Shown in pieces: positions 11,026-23,628 of a stretch of DNA of 64,000 nucleotides. This DNA comes from Camelus ferus (Eukaryota). The notes beneath the pieces are model-generated. The model searched no databases. It saw only the letters and a program-made list of their open reading frames with translations, and was not told where the DNA came from. Where the stretch lies: assembly GCF_009834535.1 (NCBI RefSeq), contig NC_045697.1, positions 83,268,001 to 83,332,000 of the forward strand, in the 5' to 3' direction. Position 1 is the stretch's first letter, and every line of letters starts with the position of its first letter. Position numbers and translations under genes: made by a program.

Positions 11026-13874
11026 TAAAGATATGCAGCTGAAAGCCCAAAAAGCAATTATAGAAAGAGACATTGGTTTGCACAAATACAGTATAGCTGA
11101 GGCATCTTTTTTATTCTAAGACATTTCCAAAAAAAGAAAAAGAAAAAGAAAAAATGAAGGGTATAGATCATGGATTATGGATTTGGGGTTATGTATCCCT
11201 CCACCACTCAGAGTTGTTCTAAGGTGTGTGGGGTCTGGGCTATAGGTTTTGGAACCCAATACAGTGATCGTGTCCCTTGAAAAACACCACCCATCCAAGC
11301 AACTGAAAGAAGTCTAGTGCCGTTCTGTGTAGTATGCCGTTACTTCCCATATTAATTACCAATAATTCCAACCATTTATTTCCATTTTTTCCCTTTGTTA
11401 TCAGTCATAATATTTTATCAATTATTCAAGTTTACAGTAAATCCAGAAATTCTTTCACATCTTTAATTCTGCGTACTTGAACCCCTATGATACTTAACTA
11501 GAAATGTTCCAGTATCTTCCAGTAATTTGATTAGACCCAGTGCCATAATATTAAAATCTCAACATACAACGCTCTGTTCTTTAAGCAAGCCTTAAGCCCT
11601 AAAAAGAAAACACAATAAAAACTGAAACACCTATACCATCTGTCTTTTTATATTTTCAACTGATTTAGATTAATATGAATGTCAGGCTTTTGATGTCTAT
11701 AATGCTTTTTCTGCTATGGTTTTCCAAAACGTCCTAGATCAATTTTAAGAAAGCTAAGCCTCTCATTCTTCTCCTAAACTCTTCATTACCTTGTGAGGCG
11801 ATATTTTTTCTTTAAGTTTCTCCTCTCCCTCACCCCTTTGTCATCTGCCCTGACCATCCTTTAAGTTTTTTTAAAACATCTTTTAAAACAGCATTGAATG
11901 TCACATTTCCCTTCTTATATCTTCCAATATGTTGTCCTAAGTATGAGAAAATGAAAAACAAACCCTTTTTGAATATTATTATGATTTACATTTCTTAATT
12001 AAGTGATATATCCCAGCACAGTGGAAATGGGGCATTTGGGGAGGGCAGGAGGAAACATTTTGATCTGAAAGTACCAAGTAGAAATAAACATAATGATGGC
12101 AGTAAAACTACATTGCTGACTTGGGAGGGATTAGAAAAGCCATAAAGTTCACCGAACAGTGTGTGGCCCATAATGTCACCAATAAATATTTCATATTCTT
12201 CATACACATAGCTATGACACAGCTTTCAGTGGAGTTATTATAAATATTCAACAAGAGATATTTTTCTTCATTCCTAATAACCATCAAAATATTTTATTAT
12301 AGGCCCCAAATTGATCCAAGAGAAATATAAGTAAGTATTTATTAATCTATTTTACAATCAGAAAAGAGAATTAAAGGACATCAGATTGAAGTAAGCATGA
12401 AACATACCCACATTCATCCTAATTATGGTTGTAGGAATTAATTACTACTGACCACTAAGTTTATCTGAGGATATAAAATTAGAGTCAGATAAAAAAGAGC
12501 TGAGTAGATTATGAATAATGAACATATAAAGAGGTATGAAGTTAAAGTTATCATTTTATTCCTGTAATAAACAGGGTGATAAGTTTAGCACATTTTCAGA
12601 GCGTATGTACATTTGTCATTAGTTTCACTTAAAGGCAGAAAATTCAGTACTAGGTGACTAGAACTGTAATGTACATGAAAGTTAAACTTTAAATTTCTTT
12701 AGCTACATAAACCATAAAATGTCCTTGAATGCATCAACTCCTTTAAAATAGAATTATCAGTTAAAAATTTTTTTTCTTAAATTTACAAATGTGTATATTT
12801 TCACCTTTTTAATGATAACCCTTTATTCTAGACATAATTCCAGGTATTCTTAATCTCTGCATTTTGATGTATCATATTAATAACATCTTGATATATGTTT
12901 TGGTTTAACTAGGTATTGTTAAAGGTGACCTTTTGATTGGATTGTTTAGCTGACTTTGGTGCTAATAAGATAGAGAATGAGGTGTCTAATGAACCCTGCG
13001 TATGGAAATAATGATAGATGGCTTATTTGGAATTCTACAGACGTGGCACTGCCAAGCCCGCTGAGGAGTCTTTGGGACCTAACTAATTTTAGAGAGAGGT
13101 TTTATTGATTACACAGAGACAGGGCACATTTTAATCATTTTTACAGCACTGTATTGCCTGAGGTACCAAAATCCATTAAACAAGGATTATAAACTTTGTT
13201 TTAAACTGACTCCTAAATTGTTTCTTGATGTATAGTCAACAACAGCTCTGCAAGATCAATCACAGTTACTAAGGCATATTAAAATCAACTTGCTTAATTT
13301 TAATTGCTCATATGCCTGACCCTCAGAGGTACAGCTGTTCATGAAGCTAAATTACTTTTCTCCCAGATAGGAGCTTCATTTTAGTTTACAATTGCAATCA
13401 TTTCTTTCCTCAGGCCACCAACCGTCTACTTTTTACACTTCCTCTTTAATTTACTCTTTCTTGCCTTAAAAATGTGCTGGAAATGATGCCTAGATATGAC
13501 ATATTTGGTCATTCTCTACACCTCTTAATCTTTCTAGGGAATAGATGTTTCAATACAATTACCTGAGTTGAGTTGTGTTACTATACACAGGCACGTATGT
13601 GAATATTTCATGTGGATATATTCTTACAGAATCTTAATAGTTTAACTAGAGTACCTTACACTTGGGAGCAAAAATATATAGTTTGCTTAATGGCACGTAA
13701 ATGGCCCAGTGTTAAACAGCTACTTTTCTGTGTTTGATATATTACATAGATCTAGATGTACATCTTAAATATTTATTAAAAGGTAAAAGACTATACATCA
13801 ATACCCATATTCTGTGGTATACGAGAGAAAGAGGGAGAGAAAATAAACATGTGAGCATGACCTACCTGGGAGGA

Positions 13875-13990
13875 GAGTGGCTTTCACAATCAGAAGACCT
13901 GGATTCAAGATCTAGGTGTCCGCTACATAATTATGTGACCAAGTTAGTTAATATCTTTGGGCCTCCATTCCTACATCTGTAAAATAAAAA
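13875..13990 (+). mobile_element. MIR SINE 5' half
   Basis: tcagaagacctggattcaag...tgtgacc...cctccattcctacatctgtaaaat. Confidence 0.75.
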
Positions 13991-14764
13991 TAAAATAGAA
14001 ATAAAATAAACATAAGGAAATTTGAATCTCATTATAGAAACACATCTGACAATCTTTTCGAAATTTAAATGTCCATTACTTACTGCACATATGCAGACAC
14101 ATAAATAAGACCTACTCAATTTGCCAAAGGTTTAACAAATATACAAATAACTGTAATGAGGAAACGATGAGAGAAAAGACTGCAGTATGGTGGAGATCAG
14201 CTTTTAAATTATACAGTTGATGTTAAAATGAGTTTCATGCGTTTTCAAAGCTGTAGGTTCAAAATAACTAGACCACTACTTAAAATTTCAGTCTTGCTAG
14301 GTTAATACCGAGCTAAACCCTTAAATCACATTATTACAAAATATATTCATTACATGTGTATGTAGTCAAACTTTAATTAACTTAATCATTCTTTAACTCT
14401 CTAGCTTCAACACAATAAAAATGTTTAAAAAGTGACTTCAATGTTTTGAATTTCAAATGGAGTTGAATACCACTGTTGGTGACATTTCCTTAAACATAAA
14501 TTGAGCGAGAAAATTACCAGCATTATCATATTTAGTAATATGTATATTACCTCATTTCTTGAATATTAACGTGTGCTCACAGATGCATCAATTAAAATAT
14601 GAGTCATTGATTATTCTGATTAAACTATTTAGGATGCAAGAATGCAATGTCAATATTAGATTCCAGTCTCTTTTTTTTTCAGTCTTTTAATGTGTTGTAA
14701 GTTAACATCAGTAAAACACTTTTGTAATTTCCTCAGGGAAAGAACTAAGTATAGCATGACATGG

Positions 14765-15220
14765 TGTACCAGTTAGAATTTGCTAACTAGTAACCATCCA
14801 CCCCAAAATGTATCATGTACTACACAAATAAAACACCTATTATTTCTCATAGTGCTTGTGGTTGGTCGAGTAATTCTTTTGGCCAGAACCAGCTAAGCTG
14901 AGCCTGGACGTCTAGGATCTCCTCACTCGCATGTCTGGGCCTCACCTGGAATGACTGGTGACTCTCTCTCCCTGGTCTGTCATCCTCCAGTCGGTTAGTC
15001 AAGGCCACTTTACATGATGGTGGACGTTATTTCCAAGAACAAGAGTGGACAATTCCCAAAGTGTAAGAAATTTTCAAATTTCTATGTATGTTACCTTTAC
15101 TGTTGTCCCATTTAGCCAGCCCTATGGCCATGAGCAGTCCATGTGGGAGGGGACTATCAAAGGATGTGGGTACAGGGAGGCATGAATAAACTGAGGTCCA
15201 GTATGACTCAGTCTATCACA
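14765..15220 (-). mobile_element. MaLR solo LTR (MLT1G/H/I-like)
   Basis: ccaccccaaaat...ttatttctcatag...gtgggaggggactatcaaaggatgtgggtacagggaggcatgaa...tctatcaca. Confidence 0.75.
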
Positions 15221-15265
15221 CAAAGCAGAACACACTGCTCTTATAATGCTTTATATATTTACATT

Positions 15266-15352
15266 AACAAATACTGTTGGTGTCCACCCAGATCCCTTTT
15301 ATCAGATCGACATCTTTACTCCCCAGCTGCTGTGAGTAATGCCTGCTAAAAG
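15266..15352. mobile_element. ERVL LTR16C-like fragment
   Basis: ctgttggtgtccacccagatcccttt...ccccagctgctgtgagt resembles the LTR16C end. Confidence 0.55.
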
Positions 15353-18020
15353 CCTGGGTTTTTGATTAGTTGGTTTGAATCGTTTGGTTTTTTTTTTTTT
15401 AATTATCTGCAACCAAAATAATTCTTACTATTACACTATTATTTCTGCCAATTTTTCTTTATAGAATAGACACACAACCAAAAGAATTCTAACTTACACT
15501 TTACCATTTCTGTTCTCCTTCCTTTAACAATAGATGTACGATCAAAAGGATTCTGACTAGTGCTCTAATTCCTTCATATAACAATAGATCTATAATTGCC
15601 ACAAAGTCTGTCTTACGTGTTTAGTTTACTATCAATTTTTAAAATTGTAAATAAGTGTTTATTATCTCATTTTATTTATCTCTTTTTTTTGTTTGTTTTT
15701 TGTATAAGTTAAGCCTATTCTTAAGCGGTATAGTGGGTCACATTTATCTGTATTATGATGAATCAGGAAAGTAAAAAAATTCTTGCCAAGATCAAATGAT
15801 GAAAAAAAACTAGAACCTATATTTTACTTTTAGTATAATGAGTAAGTAAAATATTAACACATATTTAAAAGTAAAACTATGTTAGCACTGTCAAAGAATT
15901 CAAGAAAGTTAAAAATAAAACACAGAAATTTTTAAGCATTAAAAAGACTATGCCTTTCCAAAACAATATTTTATAATAAACATCTGTGAAATTAAAGGAA
16001 ATATTATGATACATGAATTATTTTTAACTCCTCGGATGTAAATACAGAGAATGGATATAGTAATAGTAATAATGTATTTTAGTTATATAAAAACTCTTTT
16101 CTTTCCCTTTAAGACTCTTCCATTGCATATCAATGTCATAATATATAGAGTTCACATTAGATGTCACTCTTCTCCATTTATTTAATTTTAGATCTTCATA
16201 GATCTATCTATTTATATATCTCTGCATTTTACCCTTAAATGTGAGGCTTAATTTGTCCAACATTATCTTGAAAACTTTTGTCACTTGAGATTATTTTACT
16301 TCATTTTAAATAAATCAAGAATAACATGCATTTAAAAGAATTACACACTATAGCAAAGTGAGACCTATCCTAGGTATGCAAGACTTGGTAAACATTCAAA
16401 ATTATATTAGTGTAATACATCCCATAAATAGGCTAACAAATAAAAAATACACATCCTATCAGTAGGTATAGAAAAAAGCATTAGACAAAATTCAACATTC
16501 ATTCATGGTAAATATAATTTATGATAAACTCTCTCAGTAAACTGAGAATAGAAGGAAACTTCCTCAACTTGATTAAAAAAACTACAAACAGCTTATAGCT
16601 AATATCATACTTACTAGTGAGAAACTAGAAGCTTTCCCCCTAAGATCAGGAACAAGGCAAGGATATTCCCTCTTGCCACTCTTTTTCAACATTGTACTAG
16701 AAGGTCTAGCTAATATAATAAGAAAAGAAAAGGAAATAAGAGGTATATAGATTGGGAAGGAAGAAATAAAACTGTCTTTGCTCACAGGTGACATGATCTT
16801 CTATGTAGAAAATCCTAAATTGACAAAATGCCATGAAACTAAAAAGAAATTATAGCAAGTCTGTAAGATCAAAGGTTAAATATATAATCACTTTCCCATA
16901 TAGCAGCAATGAACAAGTGGAATTAGAAATTTAAAAACACAATGCCATTTAAATTAGCACCCCAAAAGTGACAACTTTAGGTATAAACTAACAAAATATA
17001 GACAAGATATTTATGAGGAAAACTACAAAGCACTGATGCATGCAATCAAAGAAGAACCAAGTAAATGGAGAGATATCCTATGTCCATGAAAGGAAGACTC
17101 AATATTGTCAAGATATCAGTTCTTCCCAATTTGACCTATATATCCAATATAATTCCAATCAAATTCCAGCAAGTTATTTTATGGATGTGGAGAAAATGAT
17201 TCCAAAGTTAATACAGAGAGGCAAAAATCCAGAATAGCCAACACAATATTGAAAGAGAGAAGAACAAAGTTGGAGGACTGATGCTAATTGACTTCAAGAA
17301 CTACTACTATAAAGTTACAGTAATCAAGACAGTGTGGTATTGGTGAAAGTACCAAAAAATAGATCAATAGAGCAGTACAGAGAGCCTAAAATAGACCCAC
17401 ATAAATATAGTTAACTCATCTTTGATAAAGAAGCAAAAACAATACAATGAAGCTAATAGTCTTTTCAACAAATGCTGCTAGAACCATTTCCTTATGCCAG
17501 ACATCCACTTGCAAAAAAGGTGAATCTACATATACAGATTATTCATACTCTTCACAAAATCAAACTCAAAATTGATTACAGACTTAAATGTAAAACACAA
17601 AACTATAAAACTCTTAGACAATAACATAGGAGAAAATCTAGATGACCTTGAGTTTGGTGATAACATAAAACACCAAGGCTGCCATCCAGGAAAGAAAGAA
17701 TTGATAAGTGGGACTTCACTAAAATTAAAAATTTCTGCTCTGTGAAAAACATATCAACAGAATGAGAAGATAAGTCATAGACTAGGAGAAAACATTTGCA
17801 AAAGACATATCAGATAAAGGATTGTTATCCAAAATATACAAATAACTCTTAAAACTCAATGATAAGGAAACAAACAACCCAATTAAAAAATGGGTCAAGG
17901 TCTTTAAAGACATCAAAGAAAATGTATACAAGGCACATAAGCATATGAAAAGATACTCCACAGCATATGTCATCAGCAAAATGCCAACAGCAACAACAAC
18001 GAGATACCACTACACAACTA

Positions 18021-18498
18021 CAGGCAGACCTCATATTGCACTCTACAGATCATGTATTTTTTACAAATTGAATGTTTGTGGCAACCTGGCATTAAGCAAG
18101 TCTATTGGTGTTATTTTCCCAACAACATTTGCTCATTTCATCTCTCTGCGTCACATTTTGGTAATTCTCACAATTTTTTAAACTTTTTCTTTATTATTAT
18201 CCTTGTTATGATGGTCTGTGATCAGTGATCTTTGATGTTACCAGTGCAAAAAATTACCACTCCTTGCAGGTACAGATGATGGTTCAGCATTTTTTAGCAT
18301 TGAAGTATTTTTAAATTAAGGTATGTACATTGTTTTTTAGATATAATGCTATTGTACACTTAATAGACTACAGTATAGTTTAAATGTAGCTTTCATAGGT
18401 GCTGGGAAATTAAAAAATAATTGTGACTTGCTTATACCAATATTAGCTTTATTGCAGTGGTCTGCAACCAAACCTGCAATATCTCCAAGGTATGCATG
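18021..18498 (+). mobile_element. Tigger1-derived non-autonomous element (Tigger1a-like) inserted in L1MC1
   Basis: caggcagacctc...atctccaaggtatgcatg TIRs; TA TSD at 18019-18020 / 18499-18500; L1 sequence resumes seamlessly after it. Confidence 0.9.
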
Positions 18499-18656
18499 TA
18501 TCAGAACAGCCAAAATTCAGAAATTCACAACACTAAATGCTGGGGAGGATGTAGAACAGGAACTCTCACTCGTTGCTGGTGGGAATGCAAAATAGTACAG
18601 ACTCTTTGGAAGGCAATTTGGAGCTTTCTTACAAAACTAAACGTACTCTTACTATA

Positions 18657-18823
18657 TTAGAAGTTTACGATTAACAGATACAAATTACTAATAAAATAGA
18701 CAAACAACAAGGACCTACTGTATAGCACAGGGAATGATATTCAATTTCTTATAATGAGCCATAATGGAAAAGAAACTGAAAAAATATATATGTATCGCTT
18801 TGAATCACTTTGCTGTAATCACA
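18657..18823 (+). mobile_element. Tail-less fragment of a younger artiodactyl L1 3'UTR inside L1MC1
   Basis: aacagatacaaattacta...aacaacaaggacctactgtatagcacaggg...gaatcactttgctgta, homologous to 36150-36310. Confidence 0.8.
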
Positions 18824-20189
18824 GATCCAGTAATCACACTCCTTAGTATTTACTCAAAGGAATTGAAAACTTATGTCCACACAAAAACCTGCACATGAAT
18901 GATTATAGCAGCTTAATTCATAATTGCCAAAACTTAGAAACAATCGAGATGTCCTTCAGCAAATGAATGGATGAAGAAAAAGGCAATGGAATATTATTCA
19001 GTATGAAAAAGAAATGAGCTTTCAAGCAATGAAAATACATGGAAGAAGCTTAAACGCATATTACTAAGTGAAAGAAGCCAATCTGAAAAAGCCTACATAC
19101 TATATCATTCCAAATATAACATTTGGGATAAAGCAAAACTATAGAGACAGTAAAAAAAAAAAAAAAAAAAAGACAAAAAACTCAGTGGTTGCCAGGAGTT
19201 AGAGGAAACGGATGGATGAACAGGCACAGCACAGAGGATTTTTAGGGCAGTGAAACTACCTTCTACGTTACTGTAATGGTGGATACATGTCATTACACAC
19301 TTTCCCAAAACCATACAGTGCACACCACCAAGAGTGAGCCCTAGTGTAACTATGGACTCTGGATGACAAAGATGCGTCAATGCAGTTTCACCAGCTCTAA
19401 CAGCTGTACCGCTGTGGCTGGGGATGTCCATAACTGAGGAGGCTGTGCCTGTGCTGGGGGAAGAGGTATATGGGAAATCTCTGTCCCTTCTACTCAATTT
19501 TGCTGTGAACCCAAAACTATTCTAAAAAATAAAATGTATTTGAAAAAGTTAAAAATTAAAAAAGAATAATACAGCTAAGTTATTCTTTGTTAGGAATTTT
19601 TTGTCCTATTAAGCCAGGTGGTCCCAGATATGCTATAAATTAAAATTTCTAAAGTGAATAACTTCATGATAGTTTTGTCTGGAAGCAAGTTTGTTAGGAA
19701 ACAAACATCTCAAATCTCTGTAGTTTTTTCTTATAAAAGCCATTTTACTACATATAGAAAGATGACCAAAGATTAAAGCAAATACATCTGTCTACAGTCT
19801 CTAAAGGAGTTTAAAATGTCCAACTAATTTGTTTCCAAAAATCAATGAGAACAAGGAGTTAAGTTCAGCTAGAAACACTCTAAGATAATTCTTCAGAAAT
19901 TGTCTCCAAAAAAATTTAAAAATTCATTTTTCTCCTCAAGTACATATTCTCTAAATGTACAGCTTATATATGTCAGAGCTCTGTGTCATTAGCTAAGTCC
20001 AGCCTAATGTGGTTGCATGGATAGCCCCCCACCAGCTATTATTATTTTACCCTTCCATAACCACCCTTAAAGTCACAGAGACAAGTCCCGGGAAAAGTCA
20101 TCACTGTACTGTTTTTTTTTAAAGCAGACGATTGTTCTCCATCATATATGAAACATTAATCACATCTGATTCACAGCCTGTGTTTCCTA

Positions 20190-20345
20190 GCCTGGAAAAC
20201 TGATGTGCACATTTAGCTAAAGTCTCAAGGACCTGCCTTGCCTACCCTGGATATGCTGCACACAGCTAGAAAGCTGCAGAGCAAGAACTTGAACTTGAGC
20301 CCTTCCATCTCTCATCCAGCACACTTTTAAGTACATTGTGCTGCT
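20190..20345 (-). mobile_element. MIR fragment
   Basis: cacacagctagaaagctgcagagcaagaacttgaac. Confidence 0.55.
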
Positions 20346-20519
20346 TGGTGTGGCTGGGGAAGACAAATCCCACTGACACCTGCGTAGCATTCCCTCTGTT
20401 GACTAATTTATCTTCCTTGACCTTCTGGTTACAACTTGCTCCTTCTTTCCCTGCTCTCTCTCCTGAACAAATTCGTCACCCTCAAAAAATTCTGGTCTTC
20501 CTTTAGTTTTCATATGTTT

Positions 20520-20781
20520 TTTCTCTATTTCTACCACCCAAGCAATCACATATAATTTCAATGAACACCAATTTGAAGATGACCCTTAAATTTTATTTTG
20601 GTACCACAGATTTCTCATCTAAGCTCTAGAACCATATATTAAACTATTTCCTCCATAGTAACTAAGACATCCAAGAAGGCTGAGACAATGTTTTGACTTA
20701 TTGTAGTATTTCCAACACCAACTATAGTTCCTGGCACATAGGTGGTAGGTATTCAGTAAACGTACAGTGAATGAATGAATG
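20520..20781 (+). mobile_element. L2 3' end
   Basis: agttcctggcacataggtggtaggtattcagtaaac...tgaatgaatgaatg terminal repeat. Confidence 0.7.
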
Positions 20782-23334
20782 CACATTTTATAAGAATTAA
20801 TATGATGTCTATATTAGATGAAGAAGAGAGAGACTACTGAAGAGTCTGATTTAGCTTGAAGCCTCTAAAAATCATTCAAGTACAAAGTGATACGGAACTG
20901 CAGTAGGAAACTGAGCACAGGAATAGAATAAAAGGGGTCTTAAGAGCCACTGTTCAGAAGAGAGCTCCTGCATGCCTATCTTGTGGCTTGCACCATTACC
21001 TTTGAAGACCCCAATCTCTTTCCCTCCCCTTATCTAAATTATTCCAGTCCTAGAAAGAGAGCCTTAAATCCCACTTTTTCCATTAAATTTAAGCTGCTTC
21101 CAAGATCCCACATTATTTTTTTCTTCTCTGAACTCTTACTAATATATACTGATATTTTACTAATAACACATACTAATATATACTTACTAATATATACAAA
21201 TAGCGTTCGCTTTAGAGAACAGTAGGAACATACAAACTTTAGCCCTGTCAATCACTACTTCCTGTGGCTCCAGGCAATTTTCTTAATGTTTCTGAGACTC
21301 CCTGTCTTCATATCCTACAATATTATTGTCAGGATTAAAATTAATAAGATAGTACACAAAATTGACTTTGCATAAAAGACATAACCTTCATTTCTACTGT
21401 ACTTAAAATGAAGTTCATACACATTGGCACTTCATTTTTTCTCGAAACACTTCAGGTTAACTAGAGCAAAATATTTAATGAAGGTCATATAGGTCTCTGT
21501 AGCCTGCATGGCACACACTTTATATGTGATTTACTCTTAATTATTATTTAAAATTTTAGCAACTAGCTCTAATTTGTACATATTTTATTCCATGGTATGT
21601 TACTTGAAAAATGGTCAAAATAATGCCCCCAGGCATGTGAGTGTCTAAATCTTTAGGATGATGTAAATAATAATGAATTAACCCAGGTCTTCCAAAATCT
21701 TGATTTTTCTGGGTGTATTTATTATGCTAGAGGAAAATATTCCACATAATGTATCTCTACCATATTCCACACAATAAAGACTCATTTTTTTTTCAGGTTC
21801 TAATGAATTCATTAGTTCTTAAACCTAAGGTTTTTTCAGGTTGCTTTTTAGCTAAAGGTAAATAAAATGTTGACACAAAATCAAATATCAATGTTCTTAG
21901 GTTTTTGCATGTGCTTCTCTATTATTCTGCAGCTATCTAACTCAACCCACAACTTTTAAACATCAAGACACATGCTTAAGTTGATGATAAAAGTAATTGA
22001 ATTTTAATAAAAGACAGTCAAATAATATAAATATACTTTTTTCAAACTTCCTATGAAATTAGGATTTAAGTAAAATATTCACATATAACTCCAAGAATTT
22101 TAAGTACTTCACATAACACCACAAAGAGTAGAAACTACTAAAAGCACATCTGCAAACTGTACATTGTCTTCAGAAACCTGAAAGTTTCTGGTTTTGTCCA
22201 ACAGCCTGATGCTCCTGTTCACCTCCTGACGATCCTATAACTCACTCAGGCGTACAGGATCAGGCTTCTAGTGAGCTGGAACCACATTTCACTGCATTTC
22301 ATCAGACTGCTCTTTGCTAAGCATCTGCATGGAAATGCATGCAGAGTCTCTAAAATTAAACAAGGAAACCAACAGACGAGTAAGATTAAAAAATGATCAG
22401 TCACCTTTTTTTTTTTTTTAACAAATACCAGGCTTTATTATGTCTTACTCTTTGTTATTTAGATCTTTTTTAAGTCAGAACATTGTTGTGTGAAGCAGAA
22501 TGTTCTGTGGAGTTTGCTATTTAGACGTTTGGAGCGGAATCATCCAAGTGAAAAATTGGACCATCTCGTTACTGTCACATGATTTCCTATTAACTGCTAA
22601 CCTACAGCACCTTAAATTGAACCTGTGGCACTGCTATACATTTTTTGTCACATTTTTCTTAGAAGTTCAGCTTTTTCTAAACATTAAATAGTATTTGTTG
22701 AAAGTAAGATCCTAAAGGAACCATGAATTTGAGAACTTTGGCCAAAAGGAGAACTACAGGAGGAGGACATTTGCTCCTTGAGACCCCATGCCAGGCTCAC
22801 GCACCTCACTGCCACAATCCAGAGCTCAGTTATTGCTTAGCAGCTAATGACAAGGCCCAACCAAACCCAAAATACTTGGAGAACGCACAGGAAAGATATT
22901 ACATGATTATGGCTGAAATTCACAATATTTGTAAGTGTACAACTATCTTAATAAAAGTAGAAAACTGAAGGTGCTATATAAATATCATTGGTGGAGTTAA
23001 AGGCAAAATGTTGGAAATACCAATTAGTGAAGAAGACAAAGAGTTTGAGTTTTAGCTACATAACGTAGGTTGCATTTTTAAAAGAGTCATAAGCTGTTTT
23101 GCTGGTATAGGGAGATAAAAATCTGTAAGAAACATTGAGAAAGTTTTAAATATTATTAAACAGCATTCCAGGCTGTTTTGTTAATCACCAAGCATTTATT
23201 AAGCACCTGTACGTGCAAGGTGCTGTGTTATGTGCCCAATGGCAAGTCTTACAGACACTGAGCCTGCTCTTGGACTTGAAGTGTACCAGGAAAATAAATT
23301 TTAGTAATGGATATTACAAAAGAAGGAACACTTA

Positions 23335-23628
23335 CAAACTTATGGTTACCAGTGAGGGGAGAAGGAGTTGGGAAGGGATAAACTGGGAGTTCAAAATTTG
23401 CAGATACTAACTGCTATATATAGAAAAGATAAACAACAGGTTTATGCTGTGTGGCTCAGGGAACTATATTCAATACCTTGTGATAATCTATAATGAAAAA
23501 GAAATATGAAAACAAACATATGTATGTACACGTATAACTGAAACATAATGCTGTACACCATGGATTGACACAGCATTGTGAACTGACTATATTTCAATTA
23601 AAAAAAATAGTAATAAATAAATAAATAG
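23335..23628 (+). mobile_element. Young 5'-truncated L1 3'UTR with 15-bp TSD
   Basis: caaacttatggttacc...ttcaattaaaaaaaa; perfect TSD aagaaggaacactta at 23320-23334 / 23629-23643. Confidence 0.9.

Larger units (their letters stand above)
16333..19563 (+). mobile_element. L1MC1-like LINE, 5'-truncated (RT to 3' end), interrupted by two insertions
   Basis: Continuous ORF2 homology; diagnostic 3'UTR ccaagagtgagccctagtgtaactatggact...tatgggaaatctctgtccc...caattttgctgtgaaccc. Confidence 0.9.

Noticed and set aside
21136..21197. Degenerate TACTAATATA repeats
   Set aside because: Ordinary decayed AT-rich minisatellite
22476..22508. Hairpin cagaacatt...aatgttctg as a pre-miRNA
   Set aside because: The stem is only 9 bp and does not extend to pre-miRNA length
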